NCBI GenBank assembly: GCA_002633005.1
Contig: NMRA01000130.1
Location: 484,969-548,968 of the forward strand
DNA length: 64,000 nucleotides
Origin: Phoronis australis
Taxonomy: Eukaryota; Animalia; Phoronida
Direction: 5' to 3'
Notes under the pieces: generated by a model
Told to the model about the DNA's origin: nothing
The model's database searches: none
Seen by the model: the letters and a program-made list of their open reading frames with translations, nothing else
Program-made: the position numbers and the translations under genes
Shown here: piece by piece, positions 25,501 to 37,500 of the stretch
Layout: every line of letters begins with the position of its first letter
Position numbering within the stretch: position 1 is the first letter of the stretch

Positions 25501-28500
25501 GTGTCATTTGCTAGGACACAGTAAAAAGAACAGAAATGCTGACCTAAACTCTACCTGTTGGTACTGTAATCTTGACTCTGAACAGAGGCTGGTCCATCCT
25601 GGTACGACGACTGGGGAGACTGAGGCATCATCCCCATTGGTGTTTGTGGATTGTGCAAGTCCATTGGAGCCGCGTGATGAGACTTCATACTGTGATACAA
25701 GGAAAATAATCATTCTTTTATTTGGGGCATTTGATTTGTTAGACATGTCAAAATATATACGTAACTCACTAAACTACGAGGGGTATGTGGACCAACACAC
25801 ACGCCTGAGCGGCAACACACACGCACGCGCCAACACACACACGCACGCACACTCCATGTACACTGCAGCAGCAAAAATAGACATGTCAAAATAAATACAC
25901 TAGTCTCTATAGAGTTTAAGACACGTGTGCACCGTCACACACACATACCCATTCTATGTACACTTCCGCAAGAATAAAACCAGACTTGTCAAAATAAACA
26001 CACTAGTCTCTTTAGAGTCTAAGACACATGTGCACTGACACACATATGCACGCACGCATGCACGCACGCACGCACGCACGCACGCAGTTTCAGATACAGA
26101 CAATACTCTCCGCACAGTTCTCCAAAACTCTGTTAGGAAATGTATTAAAACGTTCCACCTTCGTATGAGGGGCTATCAGAAATAGAGACTTCAAAAAAAA
26201 AAAAAATCTGTCATTTTCTTGAAAAAAATCAAAAACTTGCACGAAACCAAAACGAAAAGATAATTTGAAGACCGTATCAGTGGTGATGAGATTTAATGCT
26301 GAACATTTATTTCAAATTCCTATTATTTATACTGTCATATTCCTATCAAAGTACCATTCCTTTTTCCAAGTTGTACTAAAAGTACATGGTCAGGTGACCC
26401 AACTGGCAGATTGTTAAATGTCTAAAATCCAATTCTAAGAGCTAAATACCTAAAATCCAATTCTAAAAGCTAAATACCTAAAATCCAATTCTAAAAGCTA
26501 AATACCTAAAATCCAATTCTAAAAGCTAAATATCTAAAATCCAATTCTAAAAGCTAAATACTTTTATGGAGATAAACTGTACGTTTCTGCAGATATTTGG
26601 CTAAATATTCAGATCTATCGACACGGTCGTACATAACATTAATTTAAACCATTACATACCTTGGCACGAATGCAATCAGCTCGTGTTGTACATACCCCTT
26701 AGGATCAGGCGCCTGGCGACGCTCTTGGTAGGGAGAAGACAACAAGAAAACAATTAACTACCAAAAACAACAGCGAATTGAAAAGGTTCCAAAAAACAAA
26801 GAATACACTACATAATATAATGTGGTATGTATTCTGTACATAGTATTGTAAAAATTTAAGACTTCCATAAAGTTGCACTAACAGCATACATTTGCGCACC
26901 CAGCCTAAAATTGGGGGGCTCAAATTTTTGAAAATTTGGACCTTTTACTAAGATTCAAGGGTTACATTCAGAGCTATGTATTGTGCATTCGCAAAAATTT
27001 GGTTGTTCCTGCATTTTTAGAGGAATTATGACTCGTTTTCTACTTTTTTCAGTGTTTTTGTTTCTCTGAGATGTACCTTTTAGCCCACTTCGCTTGGGGG
27101 AGCTCAAACGAGCCCCAAAAGCCCCCACTGGGGGCACGCATGGCATACCAAATTGTATGATTTCAACTCAAAGTGTACCAACAAAACTTTGAACATGATT
27201 ACTTGTGAAGAACATGAAACTATTTCAGTATTAACTTAGACCAAAATAACAGTGCTGCCATTCCATCACATGTCACATTGCGCTTCTTGACCAATGCTGT
27301 TGACGTCAAGCAAACAATTAAACTTGATACTTAAACTTTAAAGAAACGGGGCCCTGGTCAGGTTTATTACTCAGTTCATAAAATATGTTGAACTTTTGAG
27401 TGTAAAAAATCCGAAAGTGTTATCTATCATGAAGCACCAGTTTCAACAGATGGCCTCACTGGTGTTGAGGCAACCATTAGAACACATCACCACCAGGGGG
27501 TGCTGTTTCACTTCACTGCAACTCAGACTAGATCTGAGATGCGCGGACCGCAAAGAATTAACTGAAATCGAATCTACTATTGTCCCATGTGATGCACACG
27601 CGTGTATGCACATGAAATTCAGCCATTTTTCGCAGAAGGACAACAAATAACCCGTCACAGTGCAAAAGCTCGAATCACAACTGTACATTAACCAGCTGGT
27701 CACTACGACACATGGCCTCATATTCAACTACTATCCTACCTTCATCTAAAGTCCAGTATTTGCCAAACGCTGTTGCCTTGGAGATGTCCGGGTAAAGGTT
27801 AATTAATGCCTCCAAATCTTTGATTCGATCAGCCAAGCTACGAATGGTGAAGTCCTTGGATGTGTACGGTGCCAAGTTCCACACCAACCTGTCGCCTGCA
27901 GAAACAGATCATAACAAAAATGATAGTCCGATATACATTGCATAAGATGTGAGTAGGCCTCTCAGCCTTCCCGTTGCACCAAACACCTGAAACCATTTTG
28001 TCATTCACTAAACACATACATATAACACGTATACACAAATTATACCAAGCTGAGGAGCTAGAGGGTCTAGCAGTGGGGTCCCATGGGATTTGATCCCACT
28101 ACCTCGACAACAAAAGGCAGACACTCAATCCACTAGGACACACTGCCTCCTCTGATCACTGTTAACTTCAGGTATTCGTTTTATTATACGCGTGACAGAC
28201 AGGATCACTGGTGATGAGGCTCATTACAAGGTCATGAAAGGATAAGTTCAATACTACCCAGGGACACGTTTGGCGGCCGCCATTTGGACGGCCAGTTTTG
28301 AAAAATGACGGCGTGGACGGCACAGCCAAGAGAGAAAAAGACAGCCTCTTGCAAGAAAACCTCAGAGAAAACGATGGTGAAACAAAGAATTTTAACATTT
28401 CCCATCAATGCCACGCTGACGATCGGCAACTGCTGCAACCATGCTTTTCGGGGAATATCTCCTTGTCTTGTGACATCAGCGTGACTTCATACCGAACCCA

Positions 28501-31500
28501 CACATATGGCGAGCGTGAATCTTGCGAGTTTGTACCCAACTTTTCAAATCCTAGATGAGCCCCCGATACTGCCACACACGAATGATAACGTAAATCTACT
28601 TCATTTGCGACCACTAGTCTTATACTGGCAGGATTTGTCTTTTCACAGAGTAAAATAAGCAGCTGTGACCAAGGGGGTCCCCAAATAATAAGAGATGAAT
28701 GCCACCTGCAGTGAAAGGGTCTTCCAGTCACGCCTAGCTTAAACACCCCAAAGGTTGAAACTGACTCGGCCTATAGACACTTCAATGCATTCCTTATCAG
28801 CCACAAGTGTTAACATTTTCCATACCATTGAGACTTATCTGAATCAACGCACCTGGCTTTTCACTGTCTGGTGCTACCCACGCGATTGTGATGCCACCTG
28901 GTGTATTATCGCTGAACCGCAACAAAAAAGTTCCGTCTGGCTTGGACAGAAGCATAGATTGAGCATCTTGCTTTGAGACGAAGCCATGGATGGTTCTACA
29001 AAAACAATAAGCAATTGAAACAAACATATAAGGTCTCAACAATTCTTTAAAACGCTCCTCTCCTGTCTAATGTAAGCAGGCTTACATCATACAGTGAATC
29101 ATATCTGTCGGTATGTGCAGAGGTGTCCCAGAATGAGAAACGAGTCATGTTTCACATATGCACAAGTGTTTCCACCCCAAGCAGCCTGGCTACTGATGCT
29201 TAGAAGTATAAGCAAGAATTATAGCCAAGTCGGAAAAGATCTCCGTCTCCACCAGGACTTGAATCACCAGAGCTGAAGACTAATAATTTTTACTTATACT
29301 ATATCGATGCACTGATTTACAACATCACAATTATATAAATGCTTATAATTGCTCTCGCCATCACCATCATCACCACCAATTCAAAACTGCCCACACAGTC
29401 TCGTGACAGCCAAGCATCTTACCGTGCCACTCACTGATCATGTAGGTTTTCCTCAATCAAATCAACACACACACACACACACACCAGAAACATAGCCATA
29501 AGTTTATCTGCATACAAACACCACCTGGTGACTGTAAACTCATGACTACATACTGCCCACTGCCTGGTGACTGTAACCATGACTACATGGTGCCCAACAC
29601 CTGGGCCCGGTCTCCAATCTTTGTACTCGAAACGAACTCGAAACTATTTTTGGCAATTTCTCTGCTCCTTTTGTGCGAACTTAAGATAATTGGTTATCAG
29701 ACTGTGCTCGAATACATTATAGTTTATGCATAGGAGTTTCTAGTACAAGTTTGCCCTTGAAGACCCTTATATTCGCGCTACAAACTCGAGTAAAAACTCG
29801 AAATTTTGAGTTCAAACTCGAACTTATTGCTTTAATATTGGGTTTACAAACTGTGAACTAAGAGCAATAAATCATCTACCTAAGTTATTGTGTACTCGAG
29901 CATAGAATAACAGACACATATCTTGAGTTCGCCCAAAAGTACAGTAGAAAATGACAAACCTAATTTGGAGTTCCATTTCGAGTAAAAAGATTGGGGACCG
30001 GGCCCTGGTGACTAATCATGACTACATGCTGCTGACCACCTGGTGACTGTAACCATGACTACATGCTGCTCACCACCTGGTGACTGTAACCATGACTACA
30101 TGCTACCCACCACCTGGTAACCAGCAAGCAACTTACCCAGCCACCCAGTGTTCCCGCAGGTGTTCCTTAGTCAACTTGAGCACGCCATAGAACCACTCCC
30201 AGAAAGTCAGTGACTTGTCCTTCATCGTCTCCTTATTAAACTGGGCCCAGGTCACTCTCTGGGCGGACGCATCACCTACTGAACCTGCATAACAACTACA
30301 GTGGTCACAGACATGTTTACAACTTATTCCCTGTTATGGACAACAATGTGAACTTAATAACATACAATCACTTGTTAAAATACGATGGTCTTGTAATGCA
30401 GCAAAAAAAAAATTAATTTCATTAGAACGTCAATTTTAAGCTGCCCTCCACCCAGTTTAGCTGGCTATAACATAAAAATCAAATTATGCCTGTTACTCTC
30501 ACAAAATTCCATTTCTGTTACACGGTGTGTGTATGCATTGCCTATGACTTGAGCTGGTAACGGAAATGGATTCCTACCGGTAAGGAACATTATGCGACTG
30601 ATTTTATGAGAGTAAAATGCCTACTTTGATATTTGCTTTTAGTTTGCTGAACAGAGCAACATGCATCTGTAGCAGCTCATTTGATTTTCTGCCTTCTATA
30701 GATTTGTGTCGTAAACACGCTGTCCTCATTACATTATCTAATTAGTCCAATATCACAAACAGCTTAGCTTTAAAGGTGAAAACTTGCCTTTGAGGCTTGC
30801 TGTCTAAAATATGATCTATTTTGGTCTGAAGATTTTGACTTGACTTAATCATGGCTGCATGAGTCTTTACAACAGCTCTACACTGCAAACAACAAACAGA
30901 AGAACTCACCAAAAAGTTTTTGAGCTAAGTAGTCCAAGGACTGTTCATTGAGACCGCGACCGACACTCTGCTTGAACTTGCTATTTAACATGTCCTTCAG
31001 TTGTGGCCACATAACGGCGTCGGGCACTGCAAAGGGCAGTCGGCCGGGCTCGGAGAAGTAGTTGTCCCACAGGACGGTTGCCATGGCATTGCCCTCTTGG
31101 TTGCCATGGACGGTGACGACAACAGGAAGTGAGAGCGTCTAAAAAAGTAAAACAAGGTAAAACATGAACTATCATCGACTGAGGGTAAAATTTGGATCGA
31201 ATCTAGACACTGGGGACGTAACCCTCCAGTTACAAACAAAAACATGGACAGAAGAGTTGTCTTTAAATATTTGAGTTGAGACCAAAAGCAAGAAGCCTTG
31301 AGGATTTTACTAGATTTCATTCAATTTGCAAAGCAAGACAGGGACATTGCAAGTGGATGTACATGTAACCAAAGGCTGTTCATGGTAAGAGGAGCTTCAA
31401 ACGACCTTTTTATACATCTTCAAAAAGTTTGTATGTACATCCTAATCGGGCTAAAACGCTTCATGACTTCTTGATTTTTGTTCGGTTTCAGGTTTGGTTA

Positions 31501-34500
31501 AGGTTTCCTTGTTCAGTCTGATTTTTCAAGACAGTAAGACAACGATCAAGCTTAGCCTGAGAAGAGATGTGTTCAAAACTAGTCACAAACTTAACTCCCA
31601 AGTTAGTTAAACTAGAAATGCCTTTTCCGTGTGATTTAGCACCACAGAACAGTGTATCCTCATTTTTCAATTCAACACCTTTGGTCTTAAACAAAACTCG
31701 GGTTAGCCGGGATTAACTATTTCAGCTCTATGTTCTAGTTCAGAAATTTTTGATGAGGTGCCTCCTTCAACTTGGATGCAACATCTACATCTTAGTTTAC
31801 GTTTCTGCCCAAGGGTGGTGCACTGAGAAGAGGTATCAAAGGAAAGGGAAAAGCGACACACACCCAAACCTGAAAGACCAGTTCACCACCGCCAACGTTG
31901 AACTGCGACTGGAACAAAATGGAGAACTTCTCTTCTGTCACTGCCTCGGTACCCTTCCGGTCAGCTCGTTTGATTTTCTTCAATTGCTGGAAACGACGAG
32001 CTTAATTTGTATACGACGAGTGTAATTCGTACAGAGCAAGCTCAATAAGTAAACAACAGGCTTCATACATAAACAACAAGCTCAATCAATAAACAACATT
32101 TTAATATACGAAGCACCACTGTGACAAGTGTTGAGCTGAACTCACATTAATACAACATCAGTACCCAGAGATAATCACTTACAAGGACTAATGACTATAT
32201 TTAATGGAGATTGTGCCAGAGAGTCGTGCCAACCTACCATGTTCCGGTAGCTGACGCTCAGTTGTCCAGTAGCCGAGTGGTACTCCATTGTCCCTTTGTT
32301 GTTAAGAATCTCGCCACTACTCTCCGACTTAAGATTACTTTTCTCACTCTTGAGCAGGGCTCGCGCCTGGTATTCACTACAACAAGAACAGGGCAGCTGA
32401 GAAAGGAGTCATGCAAATGTAATGCAGGGGCAAGAAGGAAGCTTATTGCACGAACGAGGTTTGTCAACACAAAGCTGAAAGATTCTCTTAAAGGGACACA
32501 ATTGGTTTCACAATTGAGAAACGCACTGGCTAGACAGGATAGAGTTTTTGAAGTTGTTAGAGCTATAAAACAACAAAATTCATTATGTTTTTGTGATTTT
32601 AATACAAATCGCCGATTTTCACAGGCTGCCAGTCATTCGGTGAATTTGAGACAGTGACTTTTGAGAGTTATTATTTATCAAGAAGGCTTTAGCTCTAACA
32701 AAAGTGCTGCACCGTGACTGCGAATCAGTCTTGGGTACAACACGTTTCTCCTTGATTGTGTCACTGTAAAGACCAAACAAACTAGGACAGAAGATGCCGT
32801 TCATTCGGCCACGAATTGTCCAGACATTGCTTGCCCTGTCAACAAATTTCAACTACTCTGAATCTTCTTCAGATTAGAGCACAAAAAGGCAGGATAGTGA
32901 AATTTTATTTTAAGAAACTTTTTAACAAAATCAAACAGCCGTGAAAAATCACTTTCATTGTTGGCAGTTGCAATTTGTATCATACAGCTGTAACCTACCA
33001 ACAAGCAACAAAAATTATTTATACTATGGAAGCCAACACCTACTCTGAGAATTTTTAACAATGCAGGATCTTTAGAACAATGGACCGAGGATGACCTAGG
33101 CAATTATTTCTCTCAAATTCAAAGAAATAGTAATGTGATTAATATTCTTCAGTTGACGACATAAGCAACATTTGGTAAAACTTTGCGCAATAGTTGGATA
33201 TAACGTGCCCATATTTTGAGAACCAGTTTGATGCCCGTTATTCAGTGGAGAAAACTGGTTTTCAAAATGCAGGCACGTTATATCTGACCATTACCAAATT
33301 TTGAGCATTTGCAGCATAGTAATACGCCTTTGAAAAAAAGAAAATGACAGTTTTAGCTATCAGTCGCAAACTGACGAACTTTCATTGTAGCTACTAATTG
33401 GTACACCAGACTTTGTCAACCTCTGATTCAATCCCAGTAACAATCCAACACCTGGTGTTACCTGATAATAGAAGCGGTTACTTGTGGTGGGTTCATGTGT
33501 ACGTTTAACTTGCCACCCACAAGCAGACGTACAGTGGCGGGAAACCTCGCTTCCTTCTTCAGCACCTGCGGAGGTTGTCGCTCTATGATGAATGTACTGA
33601 AATTAGAAAAACTAACGTGTTGCAGGGAATTCGTAACATACGCCAACAGGCAACAAATAACCCTTGAATCAGTCCACAGTTTTGTATTACCATCAAAAGA
33701 GATCGGATACAGAATAAAGTAAAAAAAAAATAATAAAAGTGTTTGATGTTTCTACCCCTGTTGTCAATAAATCAGCTTAAATAAACTATTCCAGACTGAA
33801 AATAAAAAATAAGGGAATTTCTAGACAGACATTGTGACAGTAAGAAGTGAAAGTTCATTCACATAAAGGGAATTTCAGGGCCAAATACTTATCAGTAAGT
33901 GTCCTACTTTTTACTTTTCACCACATGGAGGGCTTACGTTACCTTTTCTCCAATGAAGACATTATGGTACGGTGGTACTCAACTGTGGCACAAGATCTTG
34001 AGTTCCACGGGGCACGCTGATGGGCAGCTATGCACACAACAAATACCTTGGAACGAGAGAAGACAGCATGCCCGTTATGGTGGTATTCACCTAAGGTAAC
34101 TTACCTTGTGACCAGTGAAGACAGCATGCCCGTTATGGTGGTATTCACCTAAGGTAACTTACCTTGTGACCAGTGAAGACAGCATGCCTGTTATGGTAGT
34201 ATTCAGCTGAGGTAACTTACCTTGTGACCAGTGAAGACAACATTCCCGTTATGGTGGTATTCACCTAAGGTAACTTACCTTGTGACCAGTGAAGACAGCA
34301 TGCCCGTTATGGTGGTATTCACCTAAGGTAACTTATCTTGTGACCAGTGAAGACAGCATGCCTGTTATGGTGGTATTCAGATGAGGTAACTTACCTTGTG
34401 ACCAGTGAAGACAGCATGCCCGTTATGGTGATATTCACCTCAGGTAACTTACCTTGTAACCAGTGAAGACAGCATGCCTGTTATGGTAGTATTCAGCTGA

Positions 34501-37500
34501 GGTAACTTACCTTGTGACCAGTGAAGACAGCATGCCTGTTATGGTGGTATTCAGCTGAGGCACCAAATCCACAGTATTGGGGGGCACGTCAATAGGCAGC
34601 TGCACACGCAGGAACTCTACTTTCTTGATCTGTTGGCGGTTTTGCCAGATGAGTTCAGCCAAGGCCTCACACCTGCAGTTCACCAAGTGACCACAGTTAG
34701 CATTCGGTTCAATGAGGGCTTGATGCGCTTTATCAGAACATGGGGGCTTTACATTTCTCACAAGAATACATTTTCCAGGCGAAAAAAGACGACTCTGTGA
34801 AATTTGCTATAAGCTTTATAACTTCAACATGAACATGGGAAGAACGTGGCTCAGACTTCACATCTTTCAGTTGAAGAAATGATCCAGAGTTGTGGAACTT
34901 AGCTCAGACTTCACATCGTTTGTTGAAGAAATGAGCTGAGTTGTAGAACTTAATTCTGGTGTCACGTCTTTCAGTTAAAGAAATGAGCCGAGTTGTGAAA
35001 CTTAGCCGAGTCCTCACAGCATTCAGGAGAAGAAAATACAAAATGAAGACTTCCCAGATTACACAGGATAAACGCAAAGAAACAAGCCAAATAATTAACC
35101 AAAGATTCATATTGTTCACCTGAACAAATGAATGCACTTTGTAATACTCGATTTACGTGAACAATTGAACTGTAGAAATTGTATAATTGCTACAGTGTTG
35201 CCAATCTCGTCTTTCACTATAATTCAAGTCCCATATTTAGAGTTTATAGTGGCGCAAAACCTCTCGAGGCCAAGCCAAACCCTACAGCTGGTATCAACTG
35301 ACCACTGCTGTAATGTCTCAAGGGTGCTTTCCAACACAGAGCCAGAGCCATACAGCTGCTGTTTTCGTTTCCAATCTATCAGTTCCTTGTCCAGTATCTC
35401 TGTCTGTAATGTGTTCAGCCGGCTTATCGTATCCTGATGACGTTCAGCCAATTTCTGAAAGAACCAGGAACACTCCACAGTCGGACAAAGCTCTGCTTAG
35501 CGAACCCACGGCAGCAGTATTACTAACACAGGCAAAATTTACAGCATGACGAAGTTATACTTCTCATTGGTTTACTCATCAAACAACTTTGAATAGTGGA
35601 AAATTAGGCCAAAGAAGCAAGTTTGGTTTTGGCCTATGCCGAACTCATTTTTAAAGCTGCGAAAAAAGAACGCCCACTCGCATAATTATTTGTCGAAAAC
35701 TTTTTCTTTTTCCAAAAGATTCACAAATATATTAATCTTAACTTAGAACTAGCTGGTCAACTCTGCAATACTCACTTCCTTAAGGACTATGAAATAGTGA
35801 AATAGGAAGATTTTCTTCACAACAATATCAGAATGCTTATAAGCCGTAACAACCATTTCATGTCTCCTTCAGTAAAGAGCAGGAAAGTATGGACATTTTA
35901 TCATCTTAATACATTTACTAAGCAAATCAACACTGCGTGAATTGTCTTTCCGTATCGCGCGCAAAAGCCTGGTCTGCAAAAAGCAGTTCACTTTCCACAG
36001 TTCAATCACCGGAGCGCATGAACCTACGCGCGTTGTCATGATTTTCCATCTTAGCAAGAGAGACGTCTTTTTCAGTCATCCCCTACTCTAACAGTATTTG
36101 ATTGCGCGAATTTTCAATAAATAAAACCAAACAGCCTGACGACCCTTGCTGTGTCTCAGCTGTGACAGAAGTCTTGTCAGACCTCGCATAATCTAAACTT
36201 TTTGGTCAATGTGAAGTGTCACATGTGTATAGCAAACGCAATGCATCCCCTTATTGTCCTAAATGGCCTGAACAAGGCAAGCTCCATACAAATGATTAGA
36301 TGTAAGCGAACTGAGTACTTTTTGGAGCTAAACCTCTGTTGAGCCGAGTGTGCACAAAAACACAGGTGCTCCTAAAGAAGTCTCTGCCCTATAAATTGGG
36401 AGTGGGACGTAAACTAGGCATGGGTGAACAAAAATTGAATACTGATCATCGTCGACAAGCAACACGATTTCCCAGTTCTCAGCGCCACCCTGTGGTAATC
36501 ACCTGTCTTCCCTGACGCAGTTCTTGAGCCTTCAGCTGCAGTTGCGTTTCCACCGACTGTTTCTGCTGGCGTAGATGCGCCTCCGCCTCTGTCTTCTGGC
36601 TGTTTGTTTGTTGTTGTTGTAGCTGGGCGATTTGGGCTGAGAAGAGGACACAACAACAGTATAAACATCAGCAAAACAACATTCATGGCCACGTATCCCT
36701 CGATTTTGAGGCCGAATATCAGCCACATTCCGTTATGAAAAAATATTTTAAAATCATGCGCAATTCCCCTCATCAGCTCATCAGGCCAAATAAGGTGATT
36801 CTCAGATTGAACATTAGGTGGAGAACCAAGTTACATCACCATCATGCTAACAGTGCACAAAATAACCAGTTGAGTCTGGCCATCCTATTGGGCCTCGTCT
36901 CTACCAATGGCAAACCACTAGTTTTCCCGAAGCCTAGAAATCGCATCAGCTCAGCGTAAAGAACAACGCGAGAACAGTTTTACAGACGCGTGCGATCTAA
37001 AAGTTATTGTTTTAACGAGAGGTGGGTACGGGGCAGCTTAAAGACGATAGCCTCATACTCACAACTGATTCTAACGTTCTCCTGATACTGAATGATGAAC
37101 TGCTCTTGTTTATGTTGCAGCTGCCTAAGCTCTGCTTCCGTCTGCTGTGTCATCCTATGAATGGCGTCCAGCTCTATGTTGATCTGTCGCGTGTGGTCCA
37201 TCTCCTCCAGTCGTTTGTAATCACCCGCGGCCATGTTGGGCTGTTAAGAGATTCAAGTCAATCATCAGAGCGAGTAAAAATGCAATTTTGTCTCGTAGAT
37301 GTAGCAGTCGGTGATTGTTTACATTAAAGCTTTCTTAGCTAACAACTATCTGTTATCATTAATTACAGGTAACAGACCGGGTCCTGGATTTTGAGAACCA
37401 TTTTTCACCACTGAATAACGGGGGTAAAACTGGTTCTCGGAATAGCTTTTAGTATATCTTCGAAAAAAATTGTAACAATAAACACTTTCACATAAAAGTT

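Noticed and set aside
28078-28150. tRNA gene (also 63548-63614)
   Set aside because: A and B boxes are present but the stems do not form a cloverleaf; treated as SINE heads.
32713-32763. Frame-preserving 51-nt cassette exon ([17 protein letters not shown]) in the STAT DBD intron
   Set aside because: The acceptor is good but the donor GTGCAG is poor, and the insertion would interrupt a conserved DBD segment; likely chance without RNA evidence.
34059-34560. CRISPR-like regular array
   Set aside because: Units are contiguous near-identical 58-mers with no unique spacers, derive from the adjacent exon, and there are no cas genes in this eukaryotic context.
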